NCBI GenBank assembly: GCA_965198175.1
Contig: OZ240245.1
Span: 2,848,001-2,912,000, forward strand
Length of the DNA stretch: 64,000 bases
From: Candidatus Poribacteria bacterium
GTDB lineage: Bacteria; Poribacteria; WGA-4E; PCPOR2b
Reading direction: 5' to 3'
Each line of letters opens with the position of its first letter. Within the stretch, counting starts at the first letter, position 1. The notes below the pieces were generated by a model that saw only the letters and a program-made list of their open reading frames with translations, was not told the DNA's origin and did no database searches. Shown here piece after piece: positions 29,562-39,248 of the stretch. The position numbers and the translations under genes are program-made.

Positions 29562-30755
29562 TTAGAGCCATCCCGCAAGTATCAGATGCCTCAATTCCAG
29601 TAGTAAGCGTGGTTGATGTTTCAATACAGTCTTGAAAATCTGCGTCATGTTGACCTTTTCAGGAGGCATCTTTGACACTACCTCTGCGCACTTGTCAAAA
29701 AGGTCATCACTGAACTTGAGCACGCCATCTCGGATGCGACAGATGTGTTTGAAGTTCCTGCCAATTTCCTTGTCCCACCGTTTTTGATACGCGCTTAAAG
29801 CCTTTGTGGACAAATCTCCGATTCGGACAGCTTCCACCGTGGCTTCGGCGGCAAATTGCCCAGAGTACATTGCATTTGCAACCCCGCCACCAGAAATTGG
29901 ATCGCTATGGTGTGCTGCATCGCCAATAAGCGCGATTCCATCACCGACAATCTTGGGCAGGCTATTCCCCACCGGCACACAACCGACAACCTGCGCGAGA
30001 ATTTTTCCGTGTGGAAATTTTCGTTTGACGAATTCATTAAGATAATCAATGGCGAGTTTTCCTCCCTTGCCTGAGATAGTCCCACCAATTCCGATGCCGA
30101 CGTTTGCGATGTCATCTCCTTTTGGGAAAACCCAAGCGTATCCTCGTGGAGCAAGTTCCCGCCCAACATAAAAATCGCAGAAGTCAGGAATAATGTCAAT
30201 TTTACAGATTAGGTATTGGGCGCAAATGTCCACATCCCGTAAATCGTGTGTGCTATCTATGCCCGCCCACCGCGCCACTTGTGATTCAATTCCATCGGCG
30301 GCAATCACAACTTTCGCCTTGCAGGAGTAGTCACGTCCGAAATAACGGAAAATCACCCCGTTGACGAAACCGTCATCCGACTTGGTAACGCCGGTCGCCC
30401 TTGCTTTAACGATAATATCGGCACCAGCATCGGCTGCCATTTCCGATAGGACACGATCGAAGACTTTGCGTTCTAGAACATAGCCAGCACCGGAGAAATG
30501 GATTGTCGCGGCGGTTTCGTTAGGAGAAAAGATTCGAGCGCCGTTAATTTCACGCGAGACCCACGCCGGGTCGGGCTGAATAAACTCGCACAGCGACGCT
30601 GTGCCAATCCCCTCCGCTCAGCGGACCGGTGCACCGATTTCCTGGCGTTTTTCCAACAATAAGACACGCAAGTCATTTTCAGCGGCTACTTTTGCTGCAA
30701 TCGCACCCCCAGGACCGGCACCGACAACAATGACATCATACTCCGAGTGAACCAT
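29562..30755 (-). CDS. Digeranylgeranylglycerophospholipid/geranylgeranyl reductase (GGR) with in-frame UGA at codon 46; probable selenoprotein (397 aa)
   Basis: Manual translation [17 protein letters not shown]...[16 protein letters not shown]...[10 protein letters not shown] joins in frame to ORF 29562..30440 ([28 protein letters not shown]); start overlaps the ferredoxin stop (TAATG). Confidence 0.88.
30572..30622 (-). promoter_or_regulatory. Candidate bacterial SECIS element
   Basis: 13 nt after UGA (30618-30620): stem GCACAGC-GUC-GCUGUGC, extendable by GGAUU/AGUUU, with GCUGA (containing the UGA) able to pair with downstream UCAGC. Confidence 0.7.
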
Positions 30756-30973
30756 TAAAAAAGTCCTCGTCCTTCGTAAGCTGGGTAATACACCTTACCG
30801 TTTCGTTCTAATGCAAGCACCCCTACTGGACAACCTTTGACACATCGCGCACAGTCAGTACACTTGGATTGGTCAATTTTCAGATAGATGTCGATGAGAT
30901 CGATGATATTCTCAGGGCAGACGGCAACACAAGCCCCGCAATAGCTACAGAGTTCTTCGTTAATAAGAATCAT
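30755..30973 (-). CDS. 2x[4Fe-4S] ferredoxin
   Basis: [12 protein letters not shown] and [12 protein letters not shown]. Confidence 0.93.
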   Translation of the reverse strand: MILINEELCSYCGACVAVCPENIIDLIDIYLKIDQSKCTDCARCVKGCPVGVLALERNGKVYYPAYEGRGLF

Positions 30974-31075
30974 CGTAAGTCTTTCTCCCTTGAGAACGCG
31001 ATTTCTACGGCGTGAGTTTCCTGATCTGCAGGCTCATCAAAGTTCAAACGGGCTAACCTGCTTTCTCATCATAAG

Positions 31076-31906
31076 CTATCGAAGTTCGTCTTCCCCGTGA
31101 AGGCCCCGATGACAGGCGAGTTCATAGAGTATGATTCCAGTGGCAACCGCAACGTTCAAGGAGGATTGCCCCGGCGCCATAGGAATCTTAACGAGATTGG
31201 TGCAGAGTTCGAGAATCTCTTCCCGGATTCCTTCGTTTTCATTTCCCACGACAAGAGCCAAGGGCGCGGCAAGTTCAAAATCATACAGATTCTTGTTTGC
31301 CCTAGCAGTGGCGCCGAGAATTTCGAAACCTGCGGCAATCAACTGACGAAAATAGACCTCCGGCGACTCACAATACGCCAAGGAGCTACGTCCAACAGCC
31401 CCTCTTGCAGCCCTAACACAGTTCTTATGAAAAGGGCTTGCACCTTCTCCGATGAACACGACGCTATCAACTGCCGCCGCTTCGGCGGTTCGCAGAACCA
31501 TCCCAAGGTTATCTGGATTGGCGATACTATCAGCAATGAGCAGCGCACTCCCAGCCGACAAGTCAAGATCTACTGCGTTCTGGTAATTCATCCGAACAGA
31601 AGCAATTACGGCTGGAACAGGTCTAGTGGTGCTAATCGTTCCCATCAGTCCAGAACTAACCTCATAAGCTACGAAGTTTGCTACAACTGCTCTATCCAGA
31701 AATGCAGGTCCTTGGTCATTCGCCAACAGGTCGGGGGTATAGAGGATTCTGTCAACCGGTAACTTGTCATGAACCGCACGTTCAACGAGTGTCAAACCTT
31801 CAACCACAAATCTCAACTCCTTGAATCTCCCTTTTAAAGAGCTGAGTTCCCGAAATTCAGAAATAATGGGATGCTTTTTACTGTGGACAACCGTTCCGTT
31901 CGCCAT
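31076..31906 (-). CDS. TrmH/SpoU family RNA 2'-O-methyltransferase
   Basis: NPDNLGMVLRTA, VVGNENEGI, IPM...SSLNVAVATGI. Confidence 0.92.
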   Translation of the reverse strand: MANGTVVHSKKHPIISEFRELSSLKGRFKELRFVVEGLTLVERAVHDKLPVDRILYTPDLLANDQGPAFLDRAVVANFVAYEVSSGLMGTISTTRPVPAVIASVRMNYQNAVDLDLSAGSALLIADSIANPDNLGMVLRTAEAAAVDSVVFIGEGASPFHKNCVRAARGAVGRSSLAYCESPEVYFRQLIAAGFEILGATARANKNLYDFELAAPLALVVGNENEGIREEILELCTNLVKIPMAPGQSSLNVAVATGIILYELACHRGLHGEDELR

Positions 31907-31912
31907 TTCTGT

Positions 31913-32761
31913 TTATTGGGACGATCCAAGGTAGATGGCGCCCAATCCAATGAAAATATCCCACTTCATCCATCTTTGAATCCTTGCACTATTGGCTCTG
32001 GAGTCATCTCGCCAAAGCCGAACGGCAAAATAAATCAAAACTAAATCAACACCTACAATAACTGTTGCAAGATAGTGCCACGAATACCAATTCAGAAGAT
32101 AGGGAATTGGACTGAACAAGATAACCGCCACGATGAAAATTAGCGCAACCAGCACAGCTACTCGCTTGCCCCACACAACCGAGATTGTTCGTACACAGTT
32201 CTCGAAATCGCCTTCAGTATCCTCAATGTCCTTAATAATCTCTCTTGCCGTTGTAAATAGGAAAGCGAATATCGCTGGCACGAAAGTGCCGTAAACAGTT
32301 CGCACCGAGACCCCTCCTACAATGAAAGTTAAGCCTGTCAGGATTCCAACCAGTAGATTGCCGAAAAATGGTGTCTGCTTTAGGCCTACAGCATATAAGA
32401 TTAGACATCCAGATACAGTGACTGTAATTGCAGCAGTATACAAGTTGACGAGAAAACCAAACCAGGTTCCTAGCCCCATTAATATTACAGAGAACACAAG
32501 GGCGCCCCGCCGGGAAATCCGTCCGGACGGAAGCGGACGTCTAGGTTTGTTAATCCCATCAATCTCATAGTCGCAATAATCATTGAGCGCATTTCCCGAC
32601 GACAGGAGGAAGAAAGCTGAAATTGCTACCACAAACACATCGACATTAGTAAGGATAACCCTTTCCCCCATCCCGACTGCAAACATCGCTCCCAAGTAGA
32701 CCGAGATAAAGGCGATTAAACCGTTCATCGGACGTGAAAGCTCAAGATAAGCTGAAATCAT
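31913..32761 (-). CDS. Digeranylgeranylglyceryl phosphate (DGGGP) synthase-like UbiA prenyltransferase
   Basis: LSRPMN start, GNALNDYCDYEIDGINKPRRPLPSGRIS, LKQTPFFGNLLVG, AREIIKDIEDTEGD. Confidence 0.85.
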   Translation of the reverse strand: MISAYLELSRPMNGLIAFISVYLGAMFAVGMGERVILTNVDVFVVAISAFFLLSSGNALNDYCDYEIDGINKPRRPLPSGRISRRGALVFSVILMGLGTWFGFLVNLYTAAITVTVSGCLILYAVGLKQTPFFGNLLVGILTGLTFIVGGVSVRTVYGTFVPAIFAFLFTTAREIIKDIEDTEGDFENCVRTISVVWGKRVAVLVALIFIVAVILFSPIPYLLNWYSWHYLATVIVGVDLVLIYFAVRLWRDDSRANSARIQRWMKWDIFIGLGAIYLGSSQ

Positions 32762-32788
32762 ACGTATGCCACACAGTTTGTAGGATTG

Positions 32789-33814
32789 TTACGCTTCGCG
32801 CCCTGGATATTTGATTCCGAATCTGGCGGAATAATACCAGCGCACGAAAAACAAACTTCCAGCGAACGGGATTAGATACAATGGCACCAAAACACAGGCG
32901 ATAAGCGAAAGAATCAAAATGCCAACACGGGTCGCCAGGATGATGACCCCTCGTTCCCTTCTGAAATTCATATATATGAAAAGTGGCAAACAGAGAACTG
33001 CCGTACTAAATGGTATCATATCTCCAAGCCACCACGCAGACAAAATTGCTCCTGCCAAAAGTAACAAGCTCAACCGGCAGGATTGCTTGGCACCCAATGT
33101 TACGCCGGTTGTCCGATCGCCGTGCGCTTGATCGCCTTTCAAATCTGGAAGCGTCGTGTTGACGAAGGCTGCTCCCACACATAAGACATAAGGGATTATC
33201 CGCCACAAGGCATCAGTGCCAATCGGTGCCACTATACCCCAGCCAATCAGAAATGCGATGCCTCCATAACCTAACGCATTCGCTAGAAGATCGAGGAAGG
33301 GTCTCCCTTTCAATCGAAATGGGCGAACGGAATAAATCACGCCGAGAAAGATTGAAAGTACAATAAGGATTAGATAGCTCAAGTCATTTCCAAACCATAG
33401 GCACGCCCAAACCACAGCAGTAACAAGCAAAAAGGCAACTTCGAGCAAAAGAAGCGGCATTTTTACATATCCATGAGCGACAAGGTATAATTTATTATTT
33501 GCCGCGTCTGTTTCTTTATCACAGATTTGATTGATGATGTAAACTGCCCCCATCAACATCGAGTACAAACAAAGGGTACCCAGAAGTTCAAAATTGGGAC
33601 GAAGGAGTATAAGAAGTTCCGGCAAAAACGAGAGCCGAAATGTGCCCGAATCTACATGCGAGGAAGATTGAGATAAAGCGCGATAGTGCCCAAGCAATAC
33701 AAGTGTCCAAACCGGGAACAGTAGTGTTGGACGAAGAACAATCAGATAATCCAGAAGATGAAACGCAATGCGTCTTGTGGATTGCAGCTTAGATTGAGTG
33801 GGTGAATTTCCCAT
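32789..33814 (-). CDS. Second, divergent UbiA-family prenyltransferase
   Basis: Multi-TM; NQICDKETD, YSVRPFRLKGRP, TLPDLKGD...GDRTT; alternative start 33877. Confidence 0.8.
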   Translation of the reverse strand: MGNSPTQSKLQSTRRIAFHLLDYLIVLRPTLLFPVWTLVLLGHYRALSQSSSHVDSGTFRLSFLPELLILLRPNFELLGTLCLYSMLMGAVYIINQICDKETDAANNKLYLVAHGYVKMPLLLLEVAFLLVTAVVWACLWFGNDLSYLILIVLSIFLGVIYSVRPFRLKGRPFLDLLANALGYGGIAFLIGWGIVAPIGTDALWRIIPYVLCVGAAFVNTTLPDLKGDQAHGDRTTGVTLGAKQSCRLSLLLLAGAILSAWWLGDMIPFSTAVLCLPLFIYMNFRRERGVIILATRVGILILSLIACVLVPLYLIPFAGSLFFVRWYYSARFGIKYPGREA

Positions 33815-33878
33815 TTCAAATCCAACCGTTCCTGTGATGCTGCATCCGCAATTCATGGGAGTTCTTACGCATGACATA

Positions 33879-34715
33879 TTACGCGTATCGTAATATGTTT
33901 AAGTAGGCGAAGCGATTGATGAGTCTGTTCTTGAGGCACTCAAACTGAAAACGGCGCTGTCCCAACAAACCGAGTTTTGCCTGGAAGGATTGAAAAGTAT
34001 CACATTGATAGATACCCATCCGCGGGAAACGGTACATCGCGTCAGCAGATGACTCCTTGCAGGGATTCAAGCTAAACGCGATGCGATATCCGGCAGATTG
34101 CACCATATCTGTTGTCTCGGAATCTACACTCCCATACGGATATGCGAAACTCTGAATGGGGTGTTGTAAAAGATTTTCGAGTCGAGATTTAGATTCCTCA
34201 AGTTCTGCCTTCACTTCGAGGCGGCTACAATGTGTTAAGAAGCGGTGGTGCAAACCGTGAGATCCAAACCCAATCCCATTTTTGAAAAGCGTTTGAATCT
34301 GGTCACTGCTTAGATGTTTGGGACGCTTGAAACTTCGCCGCACATCCCACCCATTGAACTGTCCAATATATCCTGCGAGCATAAAAACGGTCGCCGTCAA
34401 GCCGTATCTCTTCAGGATCGGGTAAGCGTAAGTATAGAAACTTTCGTAGCCATCATCGAAGGTTATCAGGATAGAACAGCGGGGCAAGGCAGAATAAGAT
34501 GTAATGGCTTGGATTAAGCGATTTGGAGTGATAGCGGTATACCCCTGTTCCACGATAAATCGAATCTGGGACTCAAAGGCTCGCGGAGAAATAGAGTTTA
34601 CCCCTAGTTCAAACTCGACATCAACCTGATGATAAGCTAGTACAGGAATGTGCCACGTCCCTGGGAGAGGGAATTGACGTTCCGAAAATTCTCTACGACT
34701 CAGTCGAGTTTTCAT
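33879..34715 (-). CDS. Polysaccharide deacetylase (CE4/NodB, IcaB/PgaB-like)
   Basis: IPVLAYH, ITFDDGY, FGSHGLHH, FAYPYG. Confidence 0.88.
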   Translation of the reverse strand: MKTRLSRREFSERQFPLPGTWHIPVLAYHQVDVEFELGVNSISPRAFESQIRFIVEQGYTAITPNRLIQAITSYSALPRCSILITFDDGYESFYTYAYPILKRYGLTATVFMLAGYIGQFNGWDVRRSFKRPKHLSSDQIQTLFKNGIGFGSHGLHHRFLTHCSRLEVKAELEESKSRLENLLQHPIQSFAYPYGSVDSETTDMVQSAGYRIAFSLNPCKESSADAMYRFPRMGIYQCDTFQSFQAKLGLLGQRRFQFECLKNRLINRFAYLNILRYA

Positions 34716-35769
34716 CAATCTGACGGAGTTTATCTTCCAACTCAAGGACCCGCTGCTGTAGCCGGGAGAACTCCTGTAATATTGCGGGCAGTTTCCGTAG
34801 AGAAGCTTGGACACGTAACTGTTGAGCGTGTGGTCGCGCTGGAAAGCCGGACACGTAACTTCCCGCCGGCGTATCCTTAGTAACCGCCGATTTTGCGAAG
34901 ATAATGTTCCCTTCGCTGATTGTGAGATGTCCTGCAACGCCTGATTGTCCTGCCATCGTCACCCGATCCTTGAGTTCACTGCTTCCTGCGATACCGGACT
35001 GTGCCGCGATGCAACAATCTTCTCCGATAACCACATTGTGGGCAACTTGCACCAGGTTGTCGATTTTGGTTCCGCGCTTGATAATTGTCGCTCCATTCGT
35101 CATTGTGGCACGGTCAATTGTCGTATTGGCACCAATTTCCACGTCATCTTCAATGATAACCGTCCCAATATGTGGAATTTTATGGTATCGATCGCTGACA
35201 GTCGCAAAACCAAACCCATCGCTTCCAATCACCGCCCTACTGTGAATAATGACACAATTACCAATCTTGACCGCTTCACAAAGCGTTACACCGGGATAAA
35301 GGAGCACTTCATTTCCAATCTTGACATCATCACCGATGTAAACAAAGGGGCTAATAATCGTGCCAGCGCCGATTTCGACGTTGTCTCCGATGACTGTCAA
35401 GGCTTGAATAGAAACCTGCTCGCCAATCTGCGCGTTTTCGCCAATAATCGCTGTTTCATGGATGCCGTACTCGATTTTCCGTCTGCTCCATGCAAACATC
35501 TCAAGCACTTTGACGAAGGCAATATACGGATTGTCCGTGCGGATGGTTGGCTTTCCGTTTTCCCCATTCATCGGGGAAATATCCTTGCCGATGATAATCG
35601 CAGAAGCTTGTGTATGTTCGATTTCCCCGCGATACTTTGCATTCGCGACGAATGTAATTTCGTGCTCTTGCGCTTCCTTAATTCCTGCAATACCCCGGAT
35701 CTCGATCTCACCATCGCCAAATAACTCCCCATCAATTAATTCACAGACTTCCTTCAACTTTTTTATCAT
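34693..35769 (-). CDS. lpxD: UDP-3-O-acyl-glucosamine N-acyltransferase LpxD
   Basis: Hexapeptide repeats, IGSDGFGF, EIGANTTIDRA, KIDNLVQVAHNV. Confidence 0.95.
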   Translation of the reverse strand: MIKKLKEVCELIDGELFGDGEIEIRGIAGIKEAQEHEITFVANAKYRGEIEHTQASAIIIGKDISPMNGENGKPTIRTDNPYIAFVKVLEMFAWSRRKIEYGIHETAIIGENAQIGEQVSIQALTVIGDNVEIGAGTIISPFVYIGDDVKIGNEVLLYPGVTLCEAVKIGNCVIIHSRAVIGSDGFGFATVSDRYHKIPHIGTVIIEDDVEIGANTTIDRATMTNGATIIKRGTKIDNLVQVAHNVVIGEDCCIAAQSGIAGSSELKDRVTMAGQSGVAGHLTISEGNIIFAKSAVTKDTPAGSYVSGFPARPHAQQLRVQASLRKLPAILQEFSRLQQRVLELEDKLRQIDENSTES

Positions 35770-35908
35770 CGTTCTCTGAATTGACGGTTAGCGCTCATCA
35801 ACCTTCCCACTAATTCCTGCTCCTTCCTAATTGTCAGCCGCCCGCAAGAGTAGAATTAGCTAGCTGCCCGCTGAATTACACCCCGATATTTGTCCGATAT
35901 GCGAAGAA

Positions 35909-36505
35909 CTACTTTTCTTCGCTTTCAGGGGTAGTAGAGGATTTGTCATCCTCGCTCTCGTTAGATGTCTCTTGTTCGTATCCTGCATTCAACCTCTCTA
36001 CAATGTCATCTGTTAAATCGTACTTCGGGTCAACATAGAGTGTCACCAGGCGCTTTTCAAGGATTAGACTATATTTTTCGCTCGTGCCGATCTGCTGAAT
36101 TAGCGCTTGGATTTCGTTCAAAATGGGTTCGACCAATTCCCTCTGCTTTTCAAGAATTGCTTGTTGACCATTTTCCAACTCACGCTGATATTCCTGCCGT
36201 TTCCGCAGAATATCACTCTCCAGGGTCTGCGTTGCCGATTCATCAAGGAATAGCTTTTGCTTGGTTAGACTGTCTTCCATGTCTAAGATTTCTTCCTCAA
36301 GCCCCTTCAACTTATCGCGAAGTCGATTTTCCGCAGATTTTAGAATGTCATTTGCTTCTTGAGCTTTTTTATAACTTTCAACCACACTTTGGGTGTCCAC
36401 TACGCCTAATTTGAAGCTGTCTTGTGCCATTGCACAAAAGTGGAGTAGAAACAACCCTGACGAAACGATGCTTAAAGGTAAATATAATCTCCGATTTCGA
36501 ATCAT
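35909..36505 (-). CDS. skp: Skp/OmpH periplasmic chaperone
   Basis: Signal peptide, KLGVVD, long coiled coil, DLTDDIV; sits between bamA and lpxD. Confidence 0.88.
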   Translation of the reverse strand: MIRNRRLYLPLSIVSSGLFLLHFCAMAQDSFKLGVVDTQSVVESYKKAQEANDILKSAENRLRDKLKGLEEEILDMEDSLTKQKLFLDESATQTLESDILRKRQEYQRELENGQQAILEKQRELVEPILNEIQALIQQIGTSEKYSLILEKRLVTLYVDPKYDLTDDIVERLNAGYEQETSNESEDDKSSTTPESEEK

Positions 36506-36563
36506 GCTTTTATCCTTGTGAAGTGAGTGAACCTTCCGACGATTGTGAACCTTCCGAAGGTAA

Positions 36564-38957
36564 TTAAAAACCTGGACCGATTGTGAAGTGAATTTTTCCT
36601 CCTGGTTCTTTATTTCCGTCTCCATCTCTATCTCGATCAAACCCGTATCCCCATTCGATGCGAGCAAGCATACCGAGCAAATCAAAGCGAATCCCAACGC
36701 CCGCGCCTTTCTTGAAACTAAGATCTTTGAAGATATTCGAGGTATTCTCATGCCAGACGTGTCCGATATCGAAGAATACAGCACCGGTTAACTGTGGGCT
36801 GATTGGAATACGATATTCAAAATTCGCGTAAACCATCTTATTTCCACCGTAATCGCCATTGCTCGGACGGATTTCATGCCAATCATACCCGCGGATAGTG
36901 TCGTCGCCACCGAGGCGGAAGCGCTCATAACGAAGGTATCTACTATCGTCAAGACGGCTGCTCAAGTATCCGGCTCGAACATGAGTGGCAAAGACAAAGT
37001 GGCGCCCAGTATTAAGAAACCAACTCGAGTCAAGAGAATACCTTTGAAACCGATTCTCCGCGCCAAAAATTCCACCGGCGTATTCATAAGAAGCTGTGTT
37101 GACAAGACCTGATACGGGATAGTACGAACTCCTCCAATAGTCGCGCGTATCCCTTGACAAGAAAAACGTCACACTGCGTGTTAAGCGGCTGACAATGTCT
37201 TCAATTTCTAAGCTGTCTGGTCTATAGGCTCGGTTGTAATGAACACGCTCGTTTTTGAGGCGAACGGATATATCCATATCTCTAGTGATTGGACGCCCAA
37301 GCGTTATAGAACCCCCTTTTCGCGTAAATATATCCCGATTGCCCCAATTAGTTGAAGTTTGGCTTGAGAGATTACCGAGATTACCGGTATTCGGATAATG
37401 AGAATAATATCTATTATATCGATACGATCTTCGTGTATTGTACAAGCTCAGATTGAGGCGCGTGGGCGTCCCAAGAATCCACGGGGTGTTGAACCGAAGT
37501 TCAGCAGTGTGGCGGTCCCGGGCGCCTAACTCGCCCTTCAGGTGAACACGATAAGCGCGTCCGAAGAGATTATTTTCGCCAATTTCCGCGACGCCGAAAA
37601 TTCCGCCTTCAGTGCCATAGCCGCCCCCTAAACTAAACATGCCTGTGCGTGCTGTTTCAGCCACGTTGACGCTAAGATCTCGGTGCGTCCCCTCCGATTC
37701 ACTTGGAATAAAGTCCACACCTCGAATAAACGGTCCCATCTGGAAAAGCCTTTGGCGGGCTTTGCGTAGGGATGCGACGTCGAAGAATTCACCCGATTTT
37801 ATATCCAAATGATCCAACTCCCGTCGTATCACATTCTCTCTTGTCTTTTCTAGACCGTTGATACTAACTTTATCAATGACAATGACATCCCCTTCGTTGA
37901 TGTTCAACGTAATCTCAAGGCTCCCATTTTCTTCATCATAATTGGCATCTGGCATAATCTCCGCCAGAATATACCCTTTATTTTGGTAGCCTTGTTGAAT
38001 CTCATCAAGGGATTTTTGGAAGGCGCCACTATTAAAGATTTCACCTTCAGGCGGGTCTAACATATCACGAATCTTTTTTTCAGAAAACGCAGGTTTTTCC
38101 GATTGTTGAAGTTTGATATCGTACGTATCGACGATGTATTGGGTGCCTTCATCAACGGTAATATCAAGCATCAGTCCTGTTTTATCATCGGTAAAGCGCT
38201 TTTCATATTTATCATCGATTTTTGCCTGAGTGTATCCTCTATCCTGATAATAGTGAAGTAAGGTGACTAGATCAGCTTTAATCAGCTTTTCGTCGAAATG
38301 CTTGCCAACCCGGATTTTCATCTGCTTGCTGAGTTTCTTCAAGGAGATATCATGATTGCCGATAAAGTTGATTTCTTGGACTTTAATTCGAGGCCCTTCA
38401 CTAATTTCAAATGTCACCGATATCGTGTTGTCATCAGGATTGATATCCGCATGGGTTTGCACAGCTACCAGATAATAACCGACGTTTCTGTACGCATTGA
38501 GAATCCTCTGCTCGCTTTCCCAACGCCGCTGATCGCTGTAGATTTCGCCCGCTTTGAGGGTAATCTCTCCTTTGATTTTTTTGTAGCTCAACTTTTCATT
38601 GCCGATAATGGTAATCCCGCCTTTGATTTTGGGATTTTCTGTCAATCTATAAATGACTTCAAGACCGCCTTCATCGTATGGTTCGACATCGACGGCAATG
38701 TCGGCGAAAAAGCCCGTATCTTTGTAGAGATTCTTGATATCCTTGGTTAATTGGTCGGGAAGAATTTCTTCGCCAACTTTGGTCTGTATAATTGCGCGAA
38801 ACATGTCCTCCGGACCGTCTTCCGCCCCTTGAAACGTGATTTTCTTGACAGTCAAGGCATCATTGGTTGTGGGGGTGGACTCTTCAGCAAAGAGAGGTAT
38901 CGAACCCAGAATTATCGCAAGCATCACAATCAAAAGACCATTTCTAATCGGGTTCAC
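36564..38957 (-). CDS. bamA: Outer-membrane protein assembly factor BamA
   Basis: POTRA repeats, LGGDDTIRGY motif, C-terminal HFTIGPGF. Confidence 0.93.
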   Translation of the reverse strand: MNPIRNGLLIVMLAIILGSIPLFAEESTPTTNDALTVKKITFQGAEDGPEDMFRAIIQTKVGEEILPDQLTKDIKNLYKDTGFFADIAVDVEPYDEGGLEVIYRLTENPKIKGGITIIGNEKLSYKKIKGEITLKAGEIYSDQRRWESEQRILNAYRNVGYYLVAVQTHADINPDDNTISVTFEISEGPRIKVQEINFIGNHDISLKKLSKQMKIRVGKHFDEKLIKADLVTLLHYYQDRGYTQAKIDDKYEKRFTDDKTGLMLDITVDEGTQYIVDTYDIKLQQSEKPAFSEKKIRDMLDPPEGEIFNSGAFQKSLDEIQQGYQNKGYILAEIMPDANYDEENGSLEITLNINEGDVIVIDKVSINGLEKTRENVIRRELDHLDIKSGEFFDVASLRKARQRLFQMGPFIRGVDFIPSESEGTHRDLSVNVAETARTGMFSLGGGYGTEGGIFGVAEIGENNLFGRAYRVHLKGELGARDRHTAELRFNTPWILGTPTRLNLSLYNTRRSYRYNRYYSHYPNTGNLGNLSSQTSTNWGNRDIFTRKGGSITLGRPITRDMDISVRLKNERVHYNRAYRPDSLEIEDIVSRLTRSVTFFLSRDTRDYWRSSYYPVSGLVNTASYEYAGGIFGAENRFQRYSLDSSWFLNTGRHFVFATHVRAGYLSSRLDDSRYLRYERFRLGGDDTIRGYDWHEIRPSNGDYGGNKMVYANFEYRIPISPQLTGAVFFDIGHVWHENTSNIFKDLSFKKGAGVGIRFDLLGMLARIEWGYGFDRDRDGDGNKEPGGKIHFTIGPGF

Positions 38958-39248
38958 GATGAAAACTCCTTATCTTTAGCGTATCCGGCCAATAAGTCAT
39001 CAGTTAAAAACCTGATGAATGACGTTTTACTCTTGGTGATGTGTCCACAAAATATTCAGTGCCAAGCATGACTGCATGCGTCACTGAAACGTGAAGCACA
39101 AGAAAAATATAACATTAAATACCACACAAGATGCCATGCGTAGGATGAGTAATTCTTCTTATGCACAACGCATTATCGTCTACAAAACTGGTTCATACCG
39201 ATTTTGGGAGGATTTCTTCAGGATATTACAGAAAAATGAACTATGTCC

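Noticed and set aside
30618..30620. Genome-wide UGA reassignment (Trp/Gly) as explanation for the GGR stop
   Set aside because: TGA terminates many genes here (e.g. at 16834, 19421, 21314) and prfB is intact
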